Source: Trichoplax sp. H2
Lineage: Eukaryota
Assembly: GCA_003344405.1 (NCBI GenBank)
Contig: NOWV01000118.1
Coordinates: 1 to 64,000, forward strand
DNA: 64,000 nucleotides
Direction: 5' to 3'
Part shown: one piece after another, positions 41,794 through 54,493 of the stretch
How the letters are laid out: each line of letters starts with the position of its first letter
Numbering within the stretch: the first letter of the stretch is position 1
Translations under genes and position numbers: made by a program
Notes under the pieces: generated by a model
What the model was told of the DNA's origin: nothing
The model's input: the letters and a program-made list of their open reading frames with translations, nothing else
Database searches by the model: none

Positions 41794-42947
41794 TAGGTTA
41801 TATTAATTAATCCCGCAGCATGAGTCCTATATTGCTAGAGCGTAGAGCTTTCATTCTCTAGAGGTTCGGGATTGTGGAGGTCCATGACGATGCCTAGATT
41901 TTGTCTTCCACGAGAATGTCATGTGATCATGCTTGGTACTAAAGAACCATAATGGAAATAGTTGGAAGACGAAGAGTGGCTATGGATGTTTTGAGAGGCC
42001 ATTTTAGAAAGTGATTGAGTACGCTATTTGCCTGCTTGAATAGAAACGAAATTGTTGCAACTGTATGAGCAGACGACTTGATAAAGTGAATCTACTTAGT
42101 ATTTATTTTACTTGTACTACCTCAACATCGATTGATTTATTGTCATGTTAGTAGTTTACAGCAAAACCGCCTTTACCCTCTGAGAAAACCATTTACAGTA
42201 TACAGTACACAGAATGAGTAATCGAGTATGCAATAGGTAGACTCTGTGCTCTAGCATCTTTCACTGCCTCCTCCATCAATATCGAGTTGTTACCTTACGT
42301 ATATCGACTGTTTACCTTAATACAAATTTTCGACACTGATCTATACTAATAATTATAATTATCGATGCTACTCTTCGTTATGTTCTCTATCGCGACCCTA
42401 GGTCAATCATGCAATACTCGGTTAGACACTGCAAAGTAGCTTAATGCGTGGAGTCCACTTCTTTATTCTGGGTTGCCTTTCCCACAAGTGATATAAATAT
42501 ATATTACATACATATTAGTAAATTACTAGTGAACGTATCAATACAGCTACGGTATTAGTATTAAACGATTATCTTCTCAGTTAGGCAGCTATGCAATATG
42601 TCTGCCCTAATTCCTAGACATTACCAGTCTATCTATCATACATAACACGCTTATGCAAAGCTGTTTTATAAATATTGCACTGCAAATTCTTTCATTCCTG
42701 TACCAGTTTTCACCGAACCAAAACCCTCTGCAAGCTTCTGAGTTGACTGCCAGACCGACTTCCTGACATACTGTACAGTATAGTGCTGCAGAGGACAATC
42801 CTAGATTCTAACATATTCTAGTCGAGATACAGTACTATACGTAGGGCCGTCATGGACCACAAGTACTTACTTGATATGGACATGATGCCATGCATCGGTA
42901 GGTATCCTTAATACTGTGCTCGACGGTAGTCTGCATCATCATCATCA

Positions 42948-45345
42948 ATGCAACCAAGTTTCAACATGTCGCTAGAAATGCAAGCTAATAAAGTCCTCCA
43001 AGAGTTGCCAGCTTCTGACGATAAGTTAGTTGTTCTTCATCGACTAAATGTTATTGTAAAACAAATGAATGAAAATGAAGTCACAGATCTGGTGCACCAT
43101 CATCGATTAGATAACCTCATTCAATGCCTATCAATCAACGATAGTATTATTGTTGGAGAATGTGTGCAAATATTACAAACGCTTTTCAATCAATCTCCGA
43201 TCGATTTCACTTTTCATCAATATAAACAGCCATTAATGCTTGGCATTCTGCATGAAATGAGCTGTGTACGTGAATTATCCCTATCTTGCCATATTGCTAC
43301 AATAAAAGTAGGCTATAGTGATCCAGTGAAGGATTTTGTTAAACTCGTTATCAATCAAGGGATATCAAATGATCTTGTCAATGTGGCATCATTTTCTATC
43401 AAGTCCTTACTTGCCATAGCGCGTTGTGAGAGTGACGGACTTGAATTAATCTTTAATGAAGAAGTTATATCCGATATTCAAAGATTAGATTGGGATAACG
43501 ATACTTTAAGATTTCGAATTTATGAATTATTCATTAATATCTTATCTATATCACATCGAGCGATGACACTGTCAATGAATACTGGTATCTTAAATAAATT
43601 GATGCATGAATTAGAAAGTGATGATCCGCTCTTAAGGATGAATTGCATTGAATTCTTGATTCAGTTACAGCAAACAACTTTTGGCTGGCATTATCTTCAA
43701 AGTTTCAATATTTTATACACTCTAAATAAACTACTTGTCGACTCAGCGAACGACCCACTATCATCATTTATAGTACCAAGTGAGTATGTAATCGTATCAT
43801 CGTATCGTATTAATCATAATATTGCTACAATGATAAAATACGTTTGTTGTTTGAATATTTCCATTGCTTAAATACAGGATGAATAATTGAACAATATGCT
43901 TGTATACTTCCAGTATCTTAATTGTAAATCTGCAGTTATTTTATTTTACTACAGACCATATCACTGTGATAATTGTATTTTAAAATGTACATGTTATTTG
44001 TAGGATGATAATAGATTTGTACGGTTATAATTATTATAGCTTAAAAAGTAAGTTTAGACAATCAAATTCGTTTAAAGTTGTTGACCATTATTCATCAATC
44101 ACATAGCATACACTTGGGATACTATGACTAGTGCAGGATCTTAAGTGTACATGTTTGTGTACTAAAATAAATGCATCACATGCCTCAAGGATTAAATTCA
44201 TCTATGATATGGGAATTATTGAACATTTTACTACTTTTTCATTTGACTTTTAAAACAGGAATATTGGTATTCTATGGTCACTTAACTCACTCCTCAAGTA
44301 CCGTAAATTTTATCGAAGTGAATGAAAAATATCCAACTTTCATGGAAGTCACAGTGTCTTCCATCTTATCTAGAGATCAAAGTATATTAAATATCGCTCT
44401 CGATACTTTCGGAGCCATTGCTTCGTGCAATCAAGGGCGTCAGTCCTTATTAAGTATATGCAAAGAACAACAAATCCATAAGGTCATGAGCAGAATAGGC
44501 GAAATAGTTACTACCGAAAACACTTCCACCCGTTTACGAGCTCTGGATGCCTTATCTGAAATTTATCGTAATTTTCCAGATGAAGTACGCCACTGTGCCT
44601 GTAAGTATAATGGGTCTTTTGTAAAAACTGGTTTTAATAGATTATTTTAATTTAGTTTTATAATATATCTGGAGCTAGCGATACTAATGATGATGACACG
44701 AAATAAACTAAGTACTGTAAGAGACATAGTATGAAATGTAATTGTAAGATGTTTGTTCCGTAACTGAAATATTTATATCATTCACAAATGTGGTACTCTT
44801 ACAGTAAATTGAGTAGAAAAATGATCAGTTTGACACCTGTATCTTTACCTATAGCTTAATCCTTTACTGAAAGCGATTACAGCCTGTAGCGCAGTCATTT
44901 ACCACGATCTTAGTCCTGCTGTTGTAAGACTTAAACAAGATTTTGTTTTACGCGATATAAAGTAGAGTTGACTTTTTTAGGTCTTCAAGACTGGTACGAT
45001 GCATTAAATCCTTCCGTTGCTTCAATGCTACAAAAGTTAAGCAATCAACCATTTCCAGATATTCGATGTGCCGCTCTAAAATTATTAGCAAATTTAGCAC
45101 AATTTGAGTGGACACAAAGAGATATTAGTCGTCAGCCGGGCATGATTGAATTCATATTAGATCGCAAAGTTGAGCAAGACAAATCCTGCTTAGAGGCCAA
45201 ATTTGACATTGTTGTTGTATTAACTGAATCTAAATATGCGATTGAGGTCTTTGGTGGCTCTATGTATGTAGAATTGCAGCAACATGTAAAAGAGGGTCCT
45301 TTCTTTGTTCTTGGAGAAGCAAACGTAGCCATGGAAGCAGAATAA
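42948..45345 (+). CDS. PSMD5: 26S proteasome assembly chaperone S5b / non-ATPase regulatory subunit 5
   Basis: ARM/HEAT-like protein with DTLRFRIYEL, ELESDDPLLRMNCIE, ALDTFGAIASCNQG, QPFPDIRCAALK, PGMIEFILDR, VKEGPFFV...VAMEAE*. Exons 42948-43779, 44259-44584, a probable micro-exon at 44817-44838, and 44981-45345. Confidence 0.88.
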
Positions 45346-46149
45346 TTACTGTATACGGAAAATGTGTTAGTTAATCTTACTAAAAAATAACAAGCGCTAA
45401 ATAAAAACCTCAGATAGAATACCGTTGCGGTACTGAAATTGATCGCATTATTTAAAATCTTACAAGTACCGCAGTAACTAGCTTCTAATGTATTATCGTA
45501 TTATTACTAGAAACTGGTTTCACGAAGTTATACCGTTACTTTATCGTCGAATAAAAGTATATCATTCTATGCTTTATTTTATTTGTTTACCAGCCGAATT
45601 GTCATATTCAAGGAAACTTCGACTAAAAAGAAGCTTCGTTATTGTTCTTCACGTGTAATAAAAATTTTTATTGATCATATCGTACGTATATCTTTATTAG
45701 GCAACAAATTTTTTAAGTTCGCGTTACATTAAGTCGTAAATATACAGTACAGTGTGATAAAACTAGGATTGAAGATTCATACGTTTGTAACCCTTTTATT
45801 TTAAACTCTTTTATTGCCTGTGTGATGTCTTCAAGTAATCACAAACTACTACTAGAAAACTACCTGTTCCGCTGAATAGTTAAGCCAGCATGATAGTTTA
45901 AATTTAGTACTTTAAATTCCTAACAGGCGAAGGAGGAAAGATACGACTACTTCAAAATAATCGTCTTGGTCGTCATAATTAACGTTATAGGATAGATTTT
46001 CAATAGGATGTGTTACCATGTGGGCAGAACTTAATTCTCTTACGATGAAGCCGTACAATTTCTTATTTTGCGAATTTTGATCAATAAAGGTATTGCTCAC
46101 GTTTTTGGGTGCAGTATAGGAGAAATCTTATTTATTTTTACGCAGACTT

Positions 46150-46300
46150 TTAAATTCCCGGAATCCGGCACTAGCTGTGCTTAAGTATAATACGATTCGA
46201 TCATATTTTAGATAGAGGAAAAGTTCTTATTTATTATGCGAACTCTAAATTCCCGGAATCCGGCACACTGCTGTGTTTAAGTACAATGATTCAATCATTG
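46150..46300. repeat. Two-copy direct repeat (~95-bp spacing)
   Basis: taaattcccggaatccggcac...ctgtg.ttaagta.aat occurs at ~46151 and ~46246. Confidence 0.85.
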
Positions 46301-48116
46301 TAGGATGATAAAGAATGTTGATTATCAATTGGTATGTAATTTGACTGTTTAATTGCGAGACCATTATTATAAATGAAATTCGTAGCTGTTGTAACCATAA
46401 ATCTTTATATTAGGCGCAAATAGTAGTACAACCAATTTAGCATGCGTATATGGTTTCTGGTCAATATTCAACCGTAGATGCGATTTTAAAGCAAGACGCA
46501 TGTCAACGTCTGTGTAATACTCGTACGCTAGACTTATATTGTGCTGCATAATACAACTGCGAAGAAAACAGTCTTTAAAATAAAGATGTAGTGTAAATTA
46601 CAGAATTTTTCTTTCTATAGGTTATAACCGAAATTGCCCGTTCAATTGACGTCTCAGCACCAAAAGATAACATACGAATGCAAGATATAATTCGTCAAAT
46701 CATGTCTATGCACGTAGTCAGTGTGTACTTCAAACATTGCGTACACTTTGTAATTTATCTCTGGCTTAGGTGTGTTAATATGACTTTGTACAAAAGGCAT
46801 GTATCAATAATCGCGATTTCTGATGTGCGATACGTGAAATTCGGTATCAATTTCACTGCTAACTTTTCAGGACAACAAAATTCATCTTTATAACTTATTA
46901 CAACCACAAAGATGGCGTCGACCTATGCAATTCGATATACGTATGTTTTCCTTTATTAGTAGTGAACAATCTTAACATTTAAGCATATCAATACCTTCAA
47001 AGTATAATACATACGGAATGAATATACATTATACAAGATAATAAATAAGCTACAGTACCACGCAACGTTCTTAGATACGAACTAACTAATGTTATAGATA
47101 AATAACACAGTATTGAATTTTTTAATTGCAGCACTGTACCGTTCCAATCAGTGAATAATCTCTTATTAGAGTAAGACAGTATGAGATACTGTATTTACTT
47201 ATAGTTCTTATCAACGAAAAATGCTATAATGCCCACGTATTTGTTGTACAGTACCATACCGTACTGACTAGAGTAGTAATATGAACTAATTTCACGTTTT
47301 AAATATATTGCTACCGCATTTGGATTAGCATAAACTGACTCGACATCCTTATCCATACGCGTTTTACATGGCTTAAAACGACGTAAAGTCAAGTGATACC
47401 GGGTCAAAATTGTAAATATATCGTGATTATAATTATTCTAAATCGCAAAAATTTCAAATGCAATATTAGGTAAATTTACAATTGAACAGTCGTAAAAGGT
47501 GGCCCATTTTCTATGCCAGTTGATGCTAACTATGTAATCATTAACATATAGGTTGCAAGGTAAATTAGTTCTGAATGCAGTTACCAATGTTTACAAATCT
47601 ATAGAATGTAAACATTGTGCTAATGAGATTAATTAATAACTACAGTCACTGTAGTCTACAATACGAATTTTCGTGTCTATTGACGATAATCAGAATTTAG
47701 TATATAATATTAGCATATCGAGTTAAACAGCTTTTAAAATTGCCTGGCTGTACAGTAATGGCTTATAAAGTGGTAGTTATCATTACAGTATTCCTAAATA
47801 ATTAACATAAACTTGCCACTTTATTAGCATATTAAAGTTATACGCTATAATACCTGTTACCATATCCAAAACTGGTCAAATGAAGAACTTTACAATGTGT
47901 CATTAATCAATCTGACTGACGCTTTATACCGGGATTGGTAAATATCGATATCTGTAGACATGTATGATTAATGCGGTATTACAATACCAGCAATGGTATA
48001 TAAGTAATGCTTCACTTCTTAATATGAATTTCTTTTTCAGTTACTTTAACCACAATACCCAGTAACGATACTTTACCGGCTGATACTTGTATAGTAGACT
48101 TCATTAATACATCGCA

Positions 48117-51100
48117 TTAATTAACTTGTGGACTAATAGCCACAGCTGATCCTACAGCACGATTAATTCCATCTTTAAGAGGTGTAGACGGAACAGGAGA
48201 GATGATTAGGTCATCAGTACCATCTACGCTTTCATCACTCGACAAATCAGCAGCATTGTCGAGTGTGTTAAAAGATATTGGATCATCAAGTTTCAAAGTG
48301 ATAATATCCGGTGGATTTACAACAACACTACAAAGTAAGGTTAAAATAAAAATTACTAAAAAGTTAGACTTTTATGTATTGTACGGGAATACAGTATATC
48401 TTACTCAGTGGGAGCATTTTCTTGCCGTTGATCTTTAGCTTTACCGAAATGCTTTATATGGGGAAAATAGTAAAAATATAATTACATTGATAATAAAGTT
48501 TATAATAAATAAAGCCATTATTCTGTCATGTTGTAGAGCGTAATAGTACCACGTTGCATAAGCCGTTATGTATACGGTATATCTATACCTGCTTCACATA
48601 TTCCAATTGTAAAGCAGAATAAAAATTTACCCTACTACTGTATACAGTAAATCATGCACGATGAGCCATGGCTATTAAATAAGTAGAATTTAACTCACCT
48701 CAGAGTATTCTAGAAGCGCATATAGTATCTCTACGGCAACTTCTAACATCTCTTTGACCTTTGCTAGGTCATATTCGTCATCTGCATAGAGAAGAAAATA
48801 CAATAACCCATTAAAATTAGGAAAAATACTCATTTGTTATATTTGTTCGTATGACTGATCGTGACAATATCATACAGTACAGTATGAATGTTGTTATAGT
48901 GCGATATCGACATGCTGTAGTTTACTTTACTTTATGTATCAATATCGTAGATTGCATACCGGGATTTAGCATTTCTATTCTGCAAAATTGTGGTATTAAT
49001 TTTCTTAAAGCTTGAAACGGTTTACCGACTTCCTCATTCAGGGTGCAGGAAATATGCTTAAGCCGGCTATTTAACAGGCAAGCTGGTCGCAACTAAAGCA
49101 ATCATCAAAGTTCATGTTCTCAATATAAATTAAAAGTTTACTAATTGTAAGTATAATGTTATTACCACTTTTTATAGATTTCAACAATGCATTCAATTTT
49201 ATAAAACTTGATCGAAACGTTACCTTGTCTATCATGGAATTCAAATATTGGCTTTTATCCGTTGATCCATAAAGAATTAATGACCATTTCTCCACTTTCA
49301 GGTGCACATCGTATTCAAAAGCCACTTTAATGACGGCAGCATCTAGCTTTTGTCGAAACTGCTCATAGTTTCGAATCTAAAATTAAGCATAAATATTTAG
49401 ATTAATAAAATGTATTTTTTAACGTATGGAAAAAAATAAAAATGACTGAATTGATCGATTGCGGCAGCACCAAACTGTTATTACTATAATAGTCTACGAT
49501 TACCCTGCAGGGCAATTGAAAAAGAGTCTCTGCCAGTACTGTAATGATTACCGTCGGCCTACGTACTATTTTGTCTAACGAATTCAGAGCTTTAATAAAT
49601 TTGATCTCCAGGTCTAGTAGAGTACCGTAGACTTTGATCAGGCCTTCAAGAGTTGAAGACTAGTTAAAAACTGCGATTCCAGTCATTCATGGTTTGTAGT
49701 CAGTATACTGGTACTAATCTGTACTGTACACTGTACAGTACAGTGGGCTACTGATACAGGTACCGAGTACAGTAAACCAAAAAGTGCACAAGTGCCCCCG
49801 AGTACTTGGTATGCTCGGTTGAAAAGTACGGAAGTGAAAGTCCGAAACCAAGCGAAAAGACATCACTTTGAATTCCAAAATGAATGTCTCATTTCAATGT
49901 AATAAATTGATTTATACGCGTATAAAATGAGATCTCTGTCCACTCTGTTAAGAGCTAAAGTTGAGCAATTGGTATATTCGACTTTTTTGGAATTAAATAG
50001 TCAAGTAGTCCAATACTCCAGTACGTAGTGTATTGCACTGTACACTGTGTACAGTATAGCTAGTCATGTTATAAAACAGTAACAAAACAAAAAATCTAAA
50101 AATAAATTATTTATTTTTGCAAACTGAGCTTCTTATAAGAACAGTCGTAACAAAATCCGTGCTTACTGTATCTTTACCGCAAAGTACTGAATGCATTTTA
50201 CTGTACTGTTGTCAACAAAACAGTAAAAATTCTAATTTAAATCCCCCTTCCATAGAGTATTTTCTTACAGTCTGCTCTATTTTATTTCCAAGCGTATAAC
50301 TTACGATTTAATTCAAATAAATATTAAAGAATGAATTGAGTCAATTGTGGCCTATTCTGGAGCGACAAAGTATCAGCCAATATCCTCAAGCTACAGTGCT
50401 GTAATCTAAATTAGAATGATTGCGTATCATGTTGTTGATGTCGTACTGATGTTGAACAGTTAAAGAGCATTCAAAAATAAAAATAAAAAAAAATAATAAT
50501 GAATAGTTTCAACGTACGGCATTCTGCTGTACCGTACTGTAGTGTAGATATATACTGTAGGGTAGAGTAGTGACAGTATTGTACAGTATACAGAATTACT
50601 GTAACGCCTGGCTATCGTCAGTACTAAGTACTGTACTGTTGTTCTGAAAAATTTTTTTCTTCCAATCTCGACTAGCGATCCATCTACTCCTTTAGAATCA
50701 TCCACTAGACAACATGGGTAAGAAATTCGAAACTATTCCATCCAGGCAGATCACTAGTAAACCGTACACCTATCAACTACTGTACTCTAGTCATACTACT
50801 ACCAAAAAAGGAATTGGCACTGCACTGTATTTACCTCGTCTTTTAACTTTAATAGCGATCCTCCTTTGTCTCTAGGAATGACCTAAAAATACAAATATAA
50901 ATAAAAATTGATCAATAAAGATATCGAAGTTGAAAAAATTCCATGAACTATGAAAAGTTAGCAGTGTTAACTATAATCATTTCACCAAAACATGTTACAT
51001 AGGCTTTATCGATGTCATAACGGTAAAAGTAGCAAGACACATATCGATTTGAATCGTTGGATTTCGTAGGAGAAAACCTCGATTCATCCATTAACTATGA

Positions 51101-52751
51101 AAAGTTAGCAGTGTTAACTATAATCATTTCACCAAAACATGTTACATAGGCTTTATCGATGTCATAACCGTAAAAGTAGCAAGACACATATCGGTTTGAA
51201 TCGTTGGATTTCGTAGGAGAAAACCTCGATTCATCCATGAACTATAAAAGGTAGCAGTGTTAACTATAATCATTTCACCAAAACATGTTACATAGGCTTT
51301 ATCGATGTCATAACGGTAAAAGTAGCAAGACACATATCGATTTGAATCGTTGGATCTAGTAGGAGAAAACCTCGATTTCATCTATTCCTGGAGAAAACCT
51401 CGATTCATCCATTAACTATGAAAAGTTAGCAGTGTTAACTATAATCATTTCACCAAAACATGTTACATAGGCTTTATCGATGTCATAACCGTAAAAGTAG
51501 CAAGACACATATCGGTTTGAATCGTTGGATCTAGTAGGAGAAAACCTCGATTTCATCTATTTTTTCCTTCCCCCCCCCCCCAAAAAAAAAGCACGAGATG
51601 CCGGTCACACTACGCACCAGTGCACGTCCACTCGTAGTGTCTACAGTACGGGTAATGTACCCGGAACCGTGCTAGAGAGCAGTACAAATGACTTTTTCTA
51701 TACATGCAGTACAGTACTGCTGTGAAGAGGGGCACACCAAGACGATGATGAACGTGACCCATACCAATGATATTGTGTACAAAACATCATGGTGATTTGG
51801 ATAGTGTAGTGTATAGTACATATCAACATTTGCTAGCGACACTATGACGTTGGAAGTTGTTTACTGATATTGTACAGAATAACATATTCCATGTCCGACA
51901 GAAAAATGTCATGGAGGTGCTCTTCTCCTTCAAGATGAATTTCTAGTTAGAAAACTTACCTCAAAGCAACTGCCACGCACAAGTAACTGAATAGCACGAC
52001 CAATGGATGTATTGGAAATATTTTTCGATTCTTCTTTAAAACGTCCATCTAACTGATGGATGAGGTAGGCGGTCAAAGTTTTTCTGGATATTCTTTCCCC
52101 TTCATTCATGATATTGTATAATAAACGCATAATCATTTCTTGCAATTTGGGTCCAAAAAGTTGACACTTGAGAGAACGCAAAGCAGCAAATAACTCATTG
52201 ACTTGTTGTTGTCTACTCTTCATTAGTAAAATGAGTTCTAACAAAATTCTTTCGCCTAGTTTTCGAATATACTTGATAATATCTTTCCTACCCAATTCTT
52301 CAAGTAGCTGACAACTTGCCAAAGAAATTAATTTACGCTCTAAAGATTTCGCCAAGTTGATCGGTTTGACTTGGTTATTAATTTTCTTGAAAGCATTGGG
52401 ATTTAGCACACAAACTAATTTTTCCATCAAAATCATGGATTGATAATATTCAATGCCATGATTTGAAATCATCGTTTCGTATGCGTTAGCCGGTACAGCC
52501 ACTTCAATCAAGTATAATATACATGTGTTGGGAGGCAGCGTTCTGACCGATATCGCCGACTTATAATTGTCAACAGGACAGCAGTCATCTTCGATTGAAG
52601 CCAAACAGTTGGAACAAATTGTATGCCCACAGCCAAACGTGTACGGTGCTGAACTGTTCCAGTCGCCAAATTTTTTACGGCAAAAACTACAACGAATAAG
52701 AAAATTTCTGATCAAGGTATGAGTGGTTCCTTTACTTCCTTTCTCTTCCAT
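48117..52751 (-). CDS. Roquin-like RING + ROQ/HEPN protein (RC3H family), apparently without CCCH finger
   Basis: RING CSFC...CGHTICSNC...CPVD (Asp at the last ligand, as in Roquin). ROQ motifs SCQLLEELGR, RKLGERILLEL, LFAALRSLKCQLFGP, SRKTL, TSIGRAIQLLVRGSCFEV. Exons 51960-~52751, 50835-50882 (VIPRDKGGSLLKLKDE), 49224-49376 (...WSLILYG...SMIDK), 48960-49092, 48699-48781, ~48406-48452, 48117-48327. An alternative last exon at ~47907-47951 is possible. Confidence 0.88.
50938..51556. repeat. Young tandem repeat, 147-bp unit, 4 copies, in the Roquin-like first coding intron
   Basis: Units start at 50941, 51088, 51235 and 51409; near-identical; followed by C and A homopolymer tracts. Confidence 0.97.
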
Positions 52752-52899
52752 GTTTCTCCTTGGTAATTTGGTCAAGTATGACGAAGGAGGCGGACTGCTC
52801 CCCAAAAATGAGCACGATTTGAATTCCTGATCCAAGTAAAATAGGAGAACAAGTTTTGATCAGCAGTTTGGATCAAGATTACCGCCTAAGACCTAGAAG

Positions 52900-54490
52900 A
52901 GTTTGAATACAACTTGTGTTTCCTTTGCGGTTACTCGTAACTTCCAAAGTCGATCGATGACATTAGGAAAGATCAGCCAAATAGGATTCCCCCCGCTGGA
53001 AAAACAATTTGTCCCACAATTGTACGTCAATGGTACTTGTCTACCGCAGACTAGGACAACTTGCGTATACTGTATTAACAACTGATTTGGACACAGGACT
53101 AGAATAACACGGCCAAATGCCACTATGCTTCCCTTCTACGGTAGAATATTGCTCCAAATCGCGGCAGCAAACTTTTATAACGTTGTTTGTTTCTTGCTTG
53201 TAGCCTGACTAGGGCTGAGCCAGCACTCTCTTCTGATAGTACAATACACTGCCAGTGTCTACTGTACATTGAGTGTACAATGAGTGTGTGGCATGTTGGT
53301 GTAACTGGCATATGTGTGTACTATACTGTATGGCGTTACACTGGTACAGTACAAGATTTGGGGTTGGACTGTACACTGTACACTGTACAGGACTGCGTTT
53401 CTCCAAGTCCATGCACACTTACACAGTGTAAAGTACTGTACTCTACAGTGTAGTGAAACCGAGCAAGTCATTTACTGCGCTTGCCCATTGCATGTCTTGC
53501 TCTGCTGATTGACGTACTGTACAATACAGTGGAATGTTTTGTGTCCAATACGTCAGCCTTTACACACACAAATAATACAGAGAAAGAAAGTTGATTTACA
53601 TTGTATAAAGAGAAAGGAGAATGATTGGAAATGCTATCAGAAGAAACACAGAGAATCACAGAGTAGCACGACATCGCTAACTAACTTATATTATGAGAAT
53701 AGCGCTTTTTATAGCCTTTCAAATGTCAAAGAGGGAACATTTCTTATTTAAAAACAAGGAAGTAATGGATGATGTCAAAGGTAGCGGTAGAATTTTAGCC
53801 AATTGTGACGGACGGATACATCCAGTACATCGTCATGTGACATGCTGTACTGTACAGTACTTTACACTAGTGTACAGTGTACAGTACTGTAATAAAATAG
53901 GAAATATTACCATTTATTTGTTAATAATTAACTAAACGGTACTGGAAACTCCGTCCAATGGGCGATTCGCATTTACTGTAGGCCTTGCAGAAGCAGTACT
54001 GCACTGTTCCAAACACTTGTACTGATTATTGCATCAGTATGATAATGTTCGATTCCGAATGGAATGATTTGTCTAAATCCTTTATACTTGAATCCTATCA
54101 ACTTCAACGTTTACTTTACCCAAAAAGTACTGCTCGACAGCAGTTCTATAAACGTCTCTAGTGTTTTTGAATTAGTACAATAGAAGTGATTAAGAAACCA
54201 CTACTCCACGGTGCCACATTTTCGGCCTCGTCTGGGTCAAGAAAAGTCCGTCCATCCGAAGAATCGCCAATGTTTAGCTACAGTGTCGATACGTACAGTA
54301 CATGTACTGTACTATACAGTACATTGCAACATCGCTATATTGAACTATCAAACGTACAAGTACAGTACTGTACAGAACAGCAGGCTCAAACAATTTTGCT
54401 TTACCAAGGAAACAAGCAAAAAATTGATCGCTAAATACACAAATAGTTTCATCGATTGCTTGTCCTGCTGATGATAAAATTGATCATTAT
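52900..54490. promoter_or_regulatory. Divergent promoter/5'-leader region rich in TACAGTA/TACTGTA/TGTACA motifs
   Basis: Lies between the head-to-head Roquin-like and raw-like start codons; dense motif clusters at 53230-53530, 53840-53890 and 54280-54375. Confidence 0.5.
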
Positions 54491-54493
54491 CCA

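Noticed and set aside
51142-51381. 79-aa ORF in the 147-bp repeat
   Set aside because: Changes frame between units and is intronic.
53123-53935. Many overlapping short Cys/Thr/Val/Tyr-rich ORFs
   Set aside because: By-product of the low-complexity TACAGT motif and locally higher GC; no domain signal.
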